Sequence record: KJ019142.1
Strand: one strand, 5' to 3'
DNA: 64,000 nucleotides
This document shows, piece after piece, positions 1-9,364 of the stretch; position 1 is the first letter of the stretch, and every line of letters begins with the position of its first letter. The notes under the pieces were generated by a model that searched no databases, was not told where the DNA came from, and worked only from the letters and a program-made list of their open reading frames with translations. The position numbers and the translations under genes were made by a program.

Positions 1-20
1 AGAATATCAGTAAGGCAGGT

Positions 21-227
21 GTGAAGTATCTACTAGCAACCACCTTTCCAGGTTTACCTAAGAACGAAGAACTCACTCCTAAGAAATATGACGGTTGGGG
101 ATTCAGACCAATCAATCTGGATATCGAGCCTTATAATATGAAAGATTATTGTATCAATGATTTCAAGGAAACGACAGCCCCTAACAGAGGATACTATCGT
201 CATGTCTATTTGTATGAGGTAAAATGA
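21..227 (+). CDS. hypothetical protein (start uncertain, near window edge)
   Basis: 68 aa ORF from the track; it overlaps the next ORF by ATGA. Confidence 0.45.
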   Translation: MKYLLATTFPGLPKNEELTPKKYDGWGFRPINLDIEPYNMKDYCINDFKETTAPNRGYYRHVYLYEVK

Positions 228-376
228 AGATCGAAATTGAACTATCTAAAGATGTAGAATACAAAGGAGAGAAACTAGGTGAGTATATCTGGAACCTAGA
301 AGAGGGAATTAATCATGTTACTGGTTTTGGTGATTCACTTGAGGAATGTTTTAAGGAAATTGTGAGGTTTAGATGA
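224..376 (+). CDS. small hypothetical protein (50 aa)
   Basis: Manually read ORF MKIEIELSKDVEYKGEKLGEYIWNLEEG...; ATGA overlaps at both ends. Confidence 0.6.
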   Translation: MKIEIELSKDVEYKGEKLGEYIWNLEEGINHVTGFGDSLEECFKEIVRFR

Positions 377-1104
377 AGAAAGTAGCTATTATCTTTATTG
401 GAACAGGTAGATACCTAGAGTTTCTACCAAAGTATTATGAACAGGCAGAAGCAAACCTCTTCCCTGACAGACCCAAACACTACTATGTGTTTACTGATGG
501 TGACTTAGGTAATGAACTACCTGACAATGTAACTGTATACGAACAGGAACATCTTCAATGGCCATACATCACCCTCTATCGTTTCGGTATTATCCAGAAA
601 CACCTAGAGGAGATTGAGAAGGAGTGTGGTTTCCTACTCTTTATGGATGCTGATACACAGGTAGTATCCCCTGTATCGTTCGATGAAGTATTCAGGAAGG
701 GAAAACCCTATACAGGTGTTCATCACCCCTGCCACGCCCTGAATATGCCACCACACAATGAGTTTCCTGGTAGTCTAGAAACTAATACAGCATCCAAGGC
801 AGCATGTAAACCTGGTGATGACTTCTCTGTATATTGGCAAGGTTGTGTATGGGGTGGAAACATAAAGGGTGCTCGTAAGATTATTGATACTCTCCACCAC
901 AGAACTAAACAAGATGAGGAGAATGGAATCATTGCCAAGTGGCATGATGAAAGTCATATCAATAGATACTTCCTTGATAACAAAGATAAGGTGAATACCC
1001 TATCACCTAGTTTCGCATACCCAGAGTCCTTCACTGAGTATATGGAAGACTACGAACCTAAGATTGTACACCTAGCAAAAGAGAATTCTAAGTATCAGGT
1101 ATGA
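373..1104 (+). CDS. family 6 glycosyltransferase (ABO/alpha-1,3-Gal(NAc) transferase-like)
   Basis: IFIGTGRY start, DAD motif, HHP, and WHDESHINRY, the GT6 WxDESHLN signature. Confidence 0.85.
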   Translation: MKKVAIIFIGTGRYLEFLPKYYEQAEANLFPDRPKHYYVFTDGDLGNELPDNVTVYEQEHLQWPYITLYRFGIIQKHLEEIEKECGFLLFMDADTQVVSPVSFDEVFRKGKPYTGVHHPCHALNMPPHNEFPGSLETNTASKAACKPGDDFSVYWQGCVWGGNIKGARKIIDTLHHRTKQDEENGIIAKWHDESHINRYFLDNKDKVNTLSPSFAYPESFTEYMEDYEPKIVHLAKENSKYQV

Positions 1105-1724
1105 GTTACTTCACAGATTATGACAACGAATTCACAGTATTTGAGGCACCAAAGAACGGGGGAACTACTCTCCGTCTTTGGATATACTACGCAGGAACAG
1201 GGGAGTTGGTGAAGTCAGCGGAGTCTGAATACTACGCTGGCACTGGAGAAACATACAAACAACTCCAAGAGTGGGGTTATGTGAATGGGGAATACGAGAA
1301 CCCCAAGACCCAGATGGTATGTATCAAGAGAGACCCTGTAGATAGGTTTGTAAGTGCCTTCTATGATAAGGTAATCAAAGAGGGGAGAATCAAAGTAACC
1401 ATCGATGAGTTTCTCTCAAACTATGAAGAGATACTTGATAAGTCTACCCTCAAGATGAATGATGGTAAGACTAACTTCATGAAGTTTCACTTTGAGTCAC
1501 AGACATATCACTTTGGTAAAGATAGAGATCTATATCATAAGGTCTTTGATATCTCAGAGGTTGGTACTGGTCTGAAGAAGTATCTGGAGAGTAAGTGGAA
1601 TATAGAACTACCTGATGTCCATGCTAGAAATAGTGGTGGTGGTAGAAAGTTTGATCTCTCCAGGGGACAACTGAATAAGGTAAAGGAAATTTACACACAG
1701 GACTATTATAATGGGTGGTACTGA
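1101..1724 (+). CDS. sulfotransferase family protein
   Basis: 5'-PSB-like PKNGGTT and 3'-PB-like RDPVDRFVS motifs. Confidence 0.75.
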   Translation: MSYFTDYDNEFTVFEAPKNGGTTLRLWIYYAGTGELVKSAESEYYAGTGETYKQLQEWGYVNGEYENPKTQMVCIKRDPVDRFVSAFYDKVIKEGRIKVTIDEFLSNYEEILDKSTLKMNDGKTNFMKFHFESQTYHFGKDRDLYHKVFDISEVGTGLKKYLESKWNIELPDVHARNSGGGRKFDLSRGQLNKVKEIYTQDYYNGWY

Positions 1725-2496
1725 AGGATATATCCTGATAGGTATTGGTGATAGGTATCTACAGATGACAGAGAACCTCACTAAAACTCTAAAGAAACAT
1801 GGAGATAATAGAGGATCCCTAACTATCACAAGATCGGATAATAGGGAACTCTATAGTGAGTGTAACACTGAGTTTGAGAGGAATGGAACTCTACCTAAGA
1901 TTACCTTAGATAGATACTTACCTTTTGATCACAATATATTCCTAGATGCTGATATGTTATGTGTAGGTGATACACAACATGTATGGGATCTATTCAGGAG
2001 TAGTGATCAGTTTGTTCAACAGGTAGGATGTTTGGGAAGAGATCCTAACTTCCACGCTCACCAGTATGAGAGTGAGTTGGGTTTTGAGATTCCTAGAGTC
2101 CATGGTGGTTGTATCTACATCAATAGAGAGAAACTAGACCCAGGGTTCTTTCCCTATATGAGAGAGTGTTTCCTAAACTATAAACAAATATTTCATAATA
2201 GTGGTCTAACCTATAAGAATAGTAGACCAGATCAACCACTATACGCTCTAGCAAATGGTATGTGGGGATTTAAACCTGTGGATCTATACACTAACCCTAT
2301 CATGACTATTGTGAATGATAGTACCCCACCCCCACTAGATAGTGTGTTCTTCAATAAGAAGAGGGGTCCTAAGTTAGATACTCCTGTTCCCTTTGTTCAT
2401 GTATTCCGTGGAGAAGAGGGTATGTCTAGGGGTTATACTAGAGGTGACCAGAAGATGTTGTTGTCCCATTATGATTACTACCTGAACTATGAATAA
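1711..2496 (+). CDS. putative GT-A fold glycosyltransferase (GT8-like)
   Basis: PKITLDRYLPFDHNIFLDADML (DxD) and a later DQP motif. Confidence 0.6.
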   Translation: MGGTEGYILIGIGDRYLQMTENLTKTLKKHGDNRGSLTITRSDNRELYSECNTEFERNGTLPKITLDRYLPFDHNIFLDADMLCVGDTQHVWDLFRSSDQFVQQVGCLGRDPNFHAHQYESELGFEIPRVHGGCIYINREKLDPGFFPYMRECFLNYKQIFHNSGLTYKNSRPDQPLYALANGMWGFKPVDLYTNPIMTIVNDSTPPPLDSVFFNKKRGPKLDTPVPFVHVFRGEEGMSRGYTRGDQKMLLSHYDYYLNYE

Positions 2497-3277
2497 AACT
2501 ATATGGATGTGTTGGTTCCAGGGTTGGGATAAGGCACCAGAGATTACAGAGAAGTGTTTAGAGTCCTGGAAACACTACAATAGTGATTGGGATATTGTTC
2601 TACTAGATGAATCCAACTACAAGGATTACATCTCCATTGATAAAGAACTACCAGGACTGAAGACAAACTATATCTCACTGGGTGATATCCTTCGTCTCTT
2701 TCTACTAAAAGAGCATGGTGGAGTATGGGCAGATGCAACTATCTTCTGCAACAAACCAGTGGATTGGGTTTTGGATTATGAGGATTCTTTCATCTTCACC
2801 AGGAAGGATAAGATGATTGCCTCTTGGTTTGTTGCTGCTCAGAAAGATTCCCATGTTGTAGATGTATGGTATAATAAGATGTTAGAGTTCTGGAAGTATC
2901 GTATGGAAAATACAGATACTTTCGAGCAACAATATGGTTGGATACACGCTTTGTTCCGTCAGTCCTACGCTCAGGATAGGGGGTTCAGGGATATTGTAGA
3001 TAGTATGGATAAGATTGATTGCATGAGTGATGGTCAATCTAGAGGTAAGGGTCCGCACTTTTTTGCACCCTACAGTAAATACTTCTACAACCCTATCAGT
3101 GACACGATAAAGAATCGTATAGACTCTAAAGTTGATCCACTATATAAGTTGTCTTACAAGGCAAACACAGACTGGAGAAGTCCAGAGAACAGGGGTATCC
3201 ACCCAGCAGACCAAAAGATTATGTTGGAATATCCAACTAATAGTGAACTACATTATCTACTCAACACATTAAAATGA
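2489..3277 (+). CDS. capsular polysaccharide synthesis / GT32-like glycosyltransferase
   Basis: IWMCWFQGWDKAPEI, GDILRLFLLKEHGGVWADAT. Confidence 0.8.
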   Translation: MNKTIWMCWFQGWDKAPEITEKCLESWKHYNSDWDIVLLDESNYKDYISIDKELPGLKTNYISLGDILRLFLLKEHGGVWADATIFCNKPVDWVLDYEDSFIFTRKDKMIASWFVAAQKDSHVVDVWYNKMLEFWKYRMENTDTFEQQYGWIHALFRQSYAQDRGFRDIVDSMDKIDCMSDGQSRGKGPHFFAPYSKYFYNPISDTIKNRIDSKVDPLYKLSYKANTDWRSPENRGIHPADQKIMLEYPTNSELHYLLNTLK

Positions 3278-4179
3278 CAAATAAATCATTGGTTACCGGT
3301 GGCGCGGGTTTCATCGGGTCACATATTGTGGACCGACTTATTACACTAGGACATCAAGTCGTAGTGATTGACAATGAATCCTCTGATGGTCATGATGAAT
3401 ACCATTGGAACAGAAGCGGACAAGTACAAAACCATAAGGCAGACATTCGTGACTACGATGCAATCAAACACTTGTTTGGTGGAGTCAATAATGTTTTTCA
3501 CCTTGCCGCTAAAGCATCAGTACAGGCGTCAGTAGATAACCCCCTACCAACTATTGCCACACAGGTAATGGGAACCGCCAATGTATTGGAGGCAGCACGA
3601 CAATCTGGTGTGAGTAAGTTTGTATATTCCTCTACTAGTGCTTGTTATGGTAACAACAACCCCATTCCTAATGTAGAAACGATGAGAGAAGATCCTCTCA
3701 ACGCCTATGCTATTGGTAAGTTATCTGGGGAACAACTAGTTCGTGCCTATCACTACCTCTATGGTATGAAGACGGTGGCATTCCGTTATACCAATGTGTA
3801 TGGGGAGAGGGCAAGACACGTAGGACACTACGCTCCTGCTGTTAGTAAGTTCCTAAAGATGAGAGCACAGGGAGAACCTCTAACTATCTTTGGTGATGGC
3901 GCCCAACGCCGAGACTTTATTCATGTATCTGATGTAGTCAACGCTAATTGCTGTATTACCTATGAGGAACTAGAGCAGTGGGGTGAGACCTATAACATTG
4001 GTTATGGTAAGAACTGGAGTATCCAAGAGATCGCAGACTCTATCAGTCAGGAACAGATTCACCTATCTGCTCGTACTGGTGAGATGCGTGAGACGCTTGC
4101 TGATATTGGGAAGGCAAAGGCAGAGTTGATGTGGAAACCAAAGACTGACATCATGGATTGGATTAGGGTACAACTCTGA
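3274..4179 (+). CDS. NAD-dependent nucleotide-sugar epimerase/dehydratase
   Basis: GGAGFIG Rossmann motif, YxxxK (YAIGK), RYTNVYG, RDFIHVSD. Confidence 0.9.
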   Translation: MTNKSLVTGGAGFIGSHIVDRLITLGHQVVVIDNESSDGHDEYHWNRSGQVQNHKADIRDYDAIKHLFGGVNNVFHLAAKASVQASVDNPLPTIATQVMGTANVLEAARQSGVSKFVYSSTSACYGNNNPIPNVETMREDPLNAYAIGKLSGEQLVRAYHYLYGMKTVAFRYTNVYGERARHVGHYAPAVSKFLKMRAQGEPLTIFGDGAQRRDFIHVSDVVNANCCITYEELEQWGETYNIGYGKNWSIQEIADSISQEQIHLSARTGEMRETLADIGKAKAELMWKPKTDIMDWIRVQL

Positions 4180-4796
4180 TGCCAGTATTTCAGAAGGACA
4201 ACAAGAAAGTTCTATTCATCCATGTTCCCAAGACTGCAGGAAGTTCTGTGAATAAACTCTTTGTGAATAATGGATATGAAATGTCCTACTATTCTGAGAG
4301 TTCTAAAGATCTATACAATGGATTATGTGGACCACAACATCTGGACTCACTTCTATTGGAAGATGAGTTCCAAGATTTCTCTCAGTTTGATTATATCTTC
4401 TCTATCTTCAGAGACCCAGTAGACAGACATCTATCTGAGTTCACCTGGGCACCCTGGGGACTAATGGGTAGAAACATCTACACACCAGAAAGATTTGATG
4501 AGTGGTGTCCTAAGATATTCAGAGCGTATCAGGACTCACCATATAGGATGGATAATCACATTAGACCTCAACATGAGTTCTATGTCAATGGATGTGATGT
4601 GTATGACTATGAAAATATCAATACACTCACAGAGAAACTATGTGATAAAATAGGTCTAGATAATAAAGAGATGCCATATGAAAGGTCTTCACGATATGAT
4701 AGTGAGGATTATGTCATCTATGAAGATACTTACAATTGTATTACTGAATTTTACAAAGGAGACTATCAATGGCAAAAGGATTCAGTCCTGTTGTGA
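4179..4796 (+). CDS. sulfotransferase family protein
   Basis: FIHVPKTAGSS and FRDPVDRHLSEF motifs. Confidence 0.8.
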   Translation: MPVFQKDNKKVLFIHVPKTAGSSVNKLFVNNGYEMSYYSESSKDLYNGLCGPQHLDSLLLEDEFQDFSQFDYIFSIFRDPVDRHLSEFTWAPWGLMGRNIYTPERFDEWCPKIFRAYQDSPYRMDNHIRPQHEFYVNGCDVYDYENINTLTEKLCDKIGLDNKEMPYERSSRYDSEDYVIYEDTYNCITEFYKGDYQWQKDSVLL

Positions 4797-5647
4797 CTAA
4801 GGATAAGAACAAGTCCCAGTTCAAACTACAGGGTGTTCCTAGGATTTACTACATCAGTTTAGATGATCATGCTCATCGTCAAGACTATATGGAGTCCCAG
4901 TTTGAAGACTGGGGCATCACTAACTTCGAAAGAATCTCTGCTCATGATGGTAGAGGTGATAATGATCTGAGTGATATTCTCAAAGGATCTTATCCAAAGA
5001 TGATGAGTTCTGGTGAGGTTGGTTGTGTAACCTCTCACCTAAAGGCACTAAAACACTGGTTAGATACTACAGAGGGTGAAGAGTTTCTCCTTATGATGGA
5101 GGATGATTGTGATATCTCCACTGCTGCCCACTGGGGTTTCTCCTGGAGGGAGTTTATTGGGAATATTCCATCCCATGTAGATTGTGTTCAGTTAGCAGTT
5201 ATCAACCCATCAGAACTACATATCAAACTCCATATCAGGTTTGTGAATGATTTCTCCACTGCCTCATACCTAATCCGTAGATCACACGCAGAGAAGTTAG
5301 TTAGACTCTATTGTAGGGGTGATAAGTATAAACTTGATAGTGATATCAAACCCAGAGCAGTTGCTGATGATCTTATCTACAACTCTGGTGTGACTCTTGC
5401 TATGCCTCTATTTGCCTTCAAGATTGCACTAGGTTCCAGTATCCATGATGTCCATATCAATACCTTCCACAAGAGTAGTCATGATGGTATCTGGGAGTTT
5501 TGGAAGAAAACAGCACCAACTATTGAGAACTGGAAACCATTCTTCAACTATGATGCCTATCTGGGAACCCTACCACCCAATGTTGTGGTTCAACAATGGC
5601 AGCAAAAACAGGAATCCAAAGCAAAAGATTCAGGGGCTTCGCAATAG
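4769..5647 (+). CDS. family 25 glycosyltransferase
   Basis: IYYISLD..HRQ, FERISAHDG, GEVGCVTSHLKA, LMMEDD. Confidence 0.85.
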   Translation: MAKGFSPVVTKDKNKSQFKLQGVPRIYYISLDDHAHRQDYMESQFEDWGITNFERISAHDGRGDNDLSDILKGSYPKMMSSGEVGCVTSHLKALKHWLDTTEGEEFLLMMEDDCDISTAAHWGFSWREFIGNIPSHVDCVQLAVINPSELHIKLHIRFVNDFSTASYLIRRSHAEKLVRLYCRGDKYKLDSDIKPRAVADDLIYNSGVTLAMPLFAFKIALGSSIHDVHINTFHKSSHDGIWEFWKKTAPTIENWKPFFNYDAYLGTLPPNVVVQQWQQKQESKAKDSGASQ

Positions 5648-5666
5648 AACATATATATGTTATAAT
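5638..5666 (+). promoter_or_regulatory. sigma70-like early promoter for hli/petF
   Basis: TTCGCA-N17-TATAAT with extended -10 TG. Confidence 0.55.
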
Positions 5667-5691
5667 ATTTACATTCACCCATGAGGTTATT

Positions 5692-5811
5692 ATGAAATTT
5701 GGTTTTACCCCCGAAGCAGAAATCCTAAACGCTCGTTTGGCAATGTTGGGATTCGTTATCGCCGTAGGCACTTACTTGACCACAGGTCAGATTATTCCAG
5801 GAGTTCTTTGA
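5692..5811 (+). CDS. hli: high-light-inducible protein
   Basis: [21 protein letters not shown]...TGQIIPG; ExxNxRxAMxG motif. The track start at 5596 is too far upstream. Confidence 0.92.
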   Translation: MKFGFTPEAEILNARLAMLGFVIAVGTYLTTGQIIPGVL

Positions 5812-6104
5812 TGGCGTTTTCTGTAACACTTAGATCACCTACTGGTGAAGATAAAGTTGTAACAGTGGAGGGAGATCAATACATCCTAGATGCCGCAGAG
5901 GAAGCGGGTGTAGATCTCCCATATTCATGTAGAGCTGGTGCTTGTTCATCCTGTGCAGGTAAGATTGTATCTGGAAAGGTGAATCAAGAAGACCAGTCAT
6001 TCTTAGATGATGATCAGATCGAAGCAGGTTTCGCACTCTTATGTGTAGCTTATGCCGAATCTGATTGTGTGATTGAGACGGAAAAAGAGGAAACCCTTTA
6101 CTGA
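5811..6104 (+). CDS. petF: plant-type [2Fe-2S] ferredoxin
   Basis: [13 protein letters not shown]...LLCVAY. Confidence 0.95.
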   Translation: MAFSVTLRSPTGEDKVVTVEGDQYILDAAEEAGVDLPYSCRAGACSSCAGKIVSGKVNQEDQSFLDDDQIEAGFALLCVAYAESDCVIETEKEETLY

Positions 6105-6109
6105 GACTG

Positions 6110-6259
6110 ATGTCTAATCCAAACGCTCTATATGAAGATATGGAGAAACTGAATGCCCTCTACGAAGAACTTTGTTGGGGGCATAACGATGAACTACAAT
6201 TTTCCCATGACGGGGAGAGCATTATTATTACCAATAAAACCCAGGAGAAACAAAAATGA
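6110..6259 (+). CDS. small hypothetical protein (49 aa)
   Basis: Manually read MSNPNALYEDMEKLNALYEELCWG...; ATGA overlap with the next hli. Confidence 0.7.
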   Translation: MSNPNALYEDMEKLNALYEELCWGHNDELQFSHDGESIIITNKTQEKQK

Positions 6260-6465
6260 CAGTAACAACTGAAGACGGCGGCCGCACAAACATGTACGCC
6301 ACTGAACCCACTATGTTTATTGATCCTTCTTACACTGAGAAGTATGGTTTAGAAACACACGCGGAACGAGCTGAAACAGCAAACGGGCGTTGGGCAATGA
6401 TTGGATTTGTTTCTGGTATTGTATCCTATGTTATTACTGGTAACTTCTTCTTTGGTGTTATCTAA
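6256..6465 (+). CDS. hli: high-light-inducible protein
   Basis: AETANGRWAMIG motif followed by a hydrophobic helix. Confidence 0.9.
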   Translation: MTVTTEDGGRTNMYATEPTMFIDPSYTEKYGLETHAERAETANGRWAMIGFVSGIVSYVITGNFFFGVI

Positions 6466-6471
6466 TATTAG

Positions 6472-6499
6472 AAGGAGGGTTTGATACCCTCCTTTTTTT
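6472..6499 (+). terminator. rho-independent terminator
   Basis: AAGGAGGGT-ttgat-ACCCTCCTT followed by a T run. Confidence 0.85.
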
Positions 6500-6506
6500 G
6501 TGCTCC

Positions 6507-6514
6507 CATAAATA
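6507..6514 (+). promoter_or_regulatory. T4-type late promoter
   Basis: CATAAATA upstream of the fibre gene. Confidence 0.55.
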
Positions 6515-6546
6515 CCTTCTAGGCACCCACACACCTTCGTATCAAA

Positions 6547-8862
6547 ATGGCATTTAAGATTAATGGCGTAGTACGCATTGATAATAGTGGCAACGGTTTT
6601 CTGGGAATTGTAACCGCTACCGACGCTAATATCACAGGAGTTCTCACTGCCACTGAGGTGGATGCGAAAGTATCATCTAAGGCAATAACTGAACAAACAG
6701 ATGGAACCGTAGATGATGTAACTGGTGCAGATGAACTATTACTATTAGATGCTGAGACTGGTGGATTACTAAGAGTATCAATAGATGAGTTCGTGCAGGG
6801 TTCAGGCATTGGAACTCTAGTAACGGACTTTGATAACTTAACTGTTACTGGTATCACAACCGTTGCCACCCTCAAAGGTATTGGATCTAATAACATCAGT
6901 GTAGGGAGCACACTTTCCTTTGCTGATGGTACAGAGATCATCATGGGTGACTCTGGTGACTTCAGTATTCATCATGATGGTGACCATACTTACCTAGATG
7001 AGACGGGGCAGGGTAATCTAAAACTCCGTACAAATAACTTTAGAGTAACAAATATAGCAGAAACAAAACCAGCTATTACAGCACAGGTTACTTCTGGTGT
7101 TGAGTTGTATTTTGATGGTAATAAGAAGATAGAAACTACAAATACTGGTGTTCTTGTGAGTGGTATGCTCACTGCTGATAGATTAAGATCAGGTGATATT
7201 GCTGCTAGAAATGTAATCACACTGGGTATTACCACTATCCAAGATCATTTGGAAGTGAATGATAGTACTGGTTCTGGTACGGAATATAATCTTAATGTTA
7301 AGACTAATGGTAGTTCTACCTTTGGTGTCTTAGGTAATGGAAATATTCTACTTGGAAACAGTTCCGGTGCTCCATTCATGGCGACGAATGATCACCACGC
7401 AACTTCCAAGAAATATGTAGATGACGCCATCGCTGATGATCCTAGCGGTGCTGCGGCTTGGGGTACTGTTGCCTCAAACAACAGTGGTGGTGCTAGTAGT
7501 ATTACTTTACTGGGTGGGATGAATGTAGCAAGTGTCACAGCTGGCACATCAAATGCAAAAGGAAATTTCGTGGTTACATTTGCCACTCCAATGCCTGATG
7601 CAAACTATTCAGTAACCGCTAGTTATAATAACGCTAATGTTAACACATATGGGGATATTAGTGTAGGTTCTAAAACAGCAAGTAGTTTTGAGGTTCAAAC
7701 TTTTGAATCATCAAATCTGCCTGACTGGCAGGGGTTTGGATTTGTCGTCTTCGCAACCAATGCCCTCCCACCAACAGGCGGCACCGGCACAGATAGCTGG
7801 GCAGCTGTAGATCAAACTATTGTTAATGGTGCTTGTAATGTACCAGCTAGCTTTAATGTTGCGTCAGTAACTAGAACTGGACTGGGCCTATATGACGTGG
7901 TGTTTACAACGCCGATGCCTACTGATAAATACAGCGTTGTGGGTAGCATTACCCGAGACACATTTTCTAATTTCTGTACTTCTAATAGGTCGGCTACTGG
8001 CTTTACAGTAAAGAACACCTATCAGAATCGCGATAACGGTGCTACTCAGTATGCAGACAACCCTTTCTCCTTCACCGTCAACGCCACCAACGCAACGCTA
8101 CCTGAAACTATTACAACGGATCAGTTTACCTCTGCGTTTAATGCTCCTACCTTCAAAAACATTCTCATCAATGGAAATCTGACAATTAATCAACGTAATG
8201 TTAATATTACATCTGTTTCTGCCGGTGAATATGGTGAAGATCGTTGGAAAAAGACATTAGGTGGGATGACGCAGATTGTTGAAGATGGTAATTATCTACC
8301 AAGTTCTTCTTACACTTTATCTGGAACAGGTATTACTACAACTACAGCAAACTCACCTGCTTCTGGTGACTGGGACATCTCAACAACCTTTGGTGATATT
8401 CCTATTACTGCTCGTTCTATCCAACTTGAATATGGCAACGTAGCCTCAGCGTTTGACTTGAGACCGGTTGGGGTGGAGCTGAGTTTGTGTCATCGTTATT
8501 TTTATAGAATAATAAGGTCCGTCAACAGCACTCCTTTTACTATTAAATCTAACAGTAACTCAAACGACATTCCCGCTGTAGGCTCGATCGAGTGTTCTTA
8601 CAGTGTAGTTTTTCCAGCCATAATGAGAACCCAACCTACTGGCTCAAATTACAGTAACAACGGAGCAAATAACTATTTGGCAATTCCAGGATATAGGGCT
8701 ATTACTAACTCTTTTCTGGCAAGCGATGTAAGTTTTTCATACGCATCCTCTGAAGCCGCAGTAATTTTAGTGGATACGACCTTAGGGAGCATCGGAGTAG
8801 TTCAAGGAGCTGCGTTCCCGCTAGAGGCGGCTTTTAGTTATGACATCGACGCCGAACTTTAA
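6547..8862 (+). CDS. tail fibre-like structural protein (771 aa)
   Basis: G/T/S-rich; two tandem AWGTV/SWAAV...NVASVT...VxFxTPMPxxxYSV modules; C-terminal KNILINGNLTINQR module typical of cyanophage fibres. Confidence 0.7.
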   Translation: MAFKINGVVRIDNSGNGFLGIVTATDANITGVLTATEVDAKVSSKAITEQTDGTVDDVTGADELLLLDAETGGLLRVSIDEFVQGSGIGTLVTDFDNLTVTGITTVATLKGIGSNNISVGSTLSFADGTEIIMGDSGDFSIHHDGDHTYLDETGQGNLKLRTNNFRVTNIAETKPAITAQVTSGVELYFDGNKKIETTNTGVLVSGMLTADRLRSGDIAARNVITLGITTIQDHLEVNDSTGSGTEYNLNVKTNGSSTFGVLGNGNILLGNSSGAPFMATNDHHATSKKYVDDAIADDPSGAAAWGTVASNNSGGASSITLLGGMNVASVTAGTSNAKGNFVVTFATPMPDANYSVTASYNNANVNTYGDISVGSKTASSFEVQTFESSNLPDWQGFGFVVFATNALPPTGGTGTDSWAAVDQTIVNGACNVPASFNVASVTRTGLGLYDVVFTTPMPTDKYSVVGSITRDTFSNFCTSNRSATGFTVKNTYQNRDNGATQYADNPFSFTVNATNATLPETITTDQFTSAFNAPTFKNILINGNLTINQRNVNITSVSAGEYGEDRWKKTLGGMTQIVEDGNYLPSSSYTLSGTGITTTTANSPASGDWDISTTFGDIPITARSIQLEYGNVASAFDLRPVGVELSLCHRYFYRIIRSVNSTPFTIKSNSNSNDIPAVGSIECSYSVVFPAIMRTQPTGSNYSNNGANNYLAIPGYRAITNSFLASDVSFSYASSEAAVILVDTTLGSIGVVQGAAFPLEAAFSYDIDAEL

Positions 8863-8904
8863 ACTCCTTAATTCCTTACAATAGAACTATCACACTTTAA
8901 AACT

Positions 8905-9147
8905 ATGGCTTATACTTACGCATTTACTGATGCTGATAACAACAGCATCAAACGCACTGATGAAGACGGTAACGTTGCATTCGTTCCAGTCGCAGAAGGC
9001 AATCGTGACTACGCAGAATATCTATCCTCTGGTATCACTGCCGATGCATACGTAGCACCACCGGAACCAGAACCCCTTACTCCAGAAGAGAAACTAGCCA
9101 ACTCTGGACTGACAGTTGATGAGCTAAAGAGTTTGTTAGATCTATAG
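8905..9147 (+). CDS. small fibre-associated protein
   Basis: FVPVAEGNRDYAEYL resembles the PxDxxNxDYxxYL motif of small ORFs that follow phage fibre genes. Confidence 0.6.
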   Translation: MAYTYAFTDADNNSIKRTDEDGNVAFVPVAEGNRDYAEYLSSGITADAYVAPPEPEPLTPEEKLANSGLTVDELKSLLDL

Positions 9148-9177
9148 GTGTGACAGCCAGCAAACTGGCACAGGGGG

Positions 9178-9219
9178 TTGGCACCCTGGGGAATCTGTGT
9201 TATAATAAACACATAAATA
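9178..9219 (+). promoter_or_regulatory. dual early and late promoter for psbA
   Basis: TTGGCA-N17-TATAAT (9178-9206) followed by CATAAATA (9212-9219). Confidence 0.75.
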
Positions 9220-9249
9220 AGATATGTAAAGTTCTTATTACAACACTTC

Positions 9250-9364
9250 CATCTAACCGAGACCTACGGGGAAGTAAAATACGTCTCTAATACCTACACC
9301 GGAGGGTGGTGTAGGAATAATACTATCGTCAGCTCCCCCTGGCACTACTTACCCTTTTTACACA
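9250..9364 (+). ncRNA. PhotoRC-II-like structured psbA leader RNA
   Basis: Stem GAGAC/GTCTC (9259-9287); hairpin CCTACACC/GGTGTAGG (9293-9315) whose loop AGGGT complements ACCCT at 9351-9355; lies directly upstream of psbA. Confidence 0.6.
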
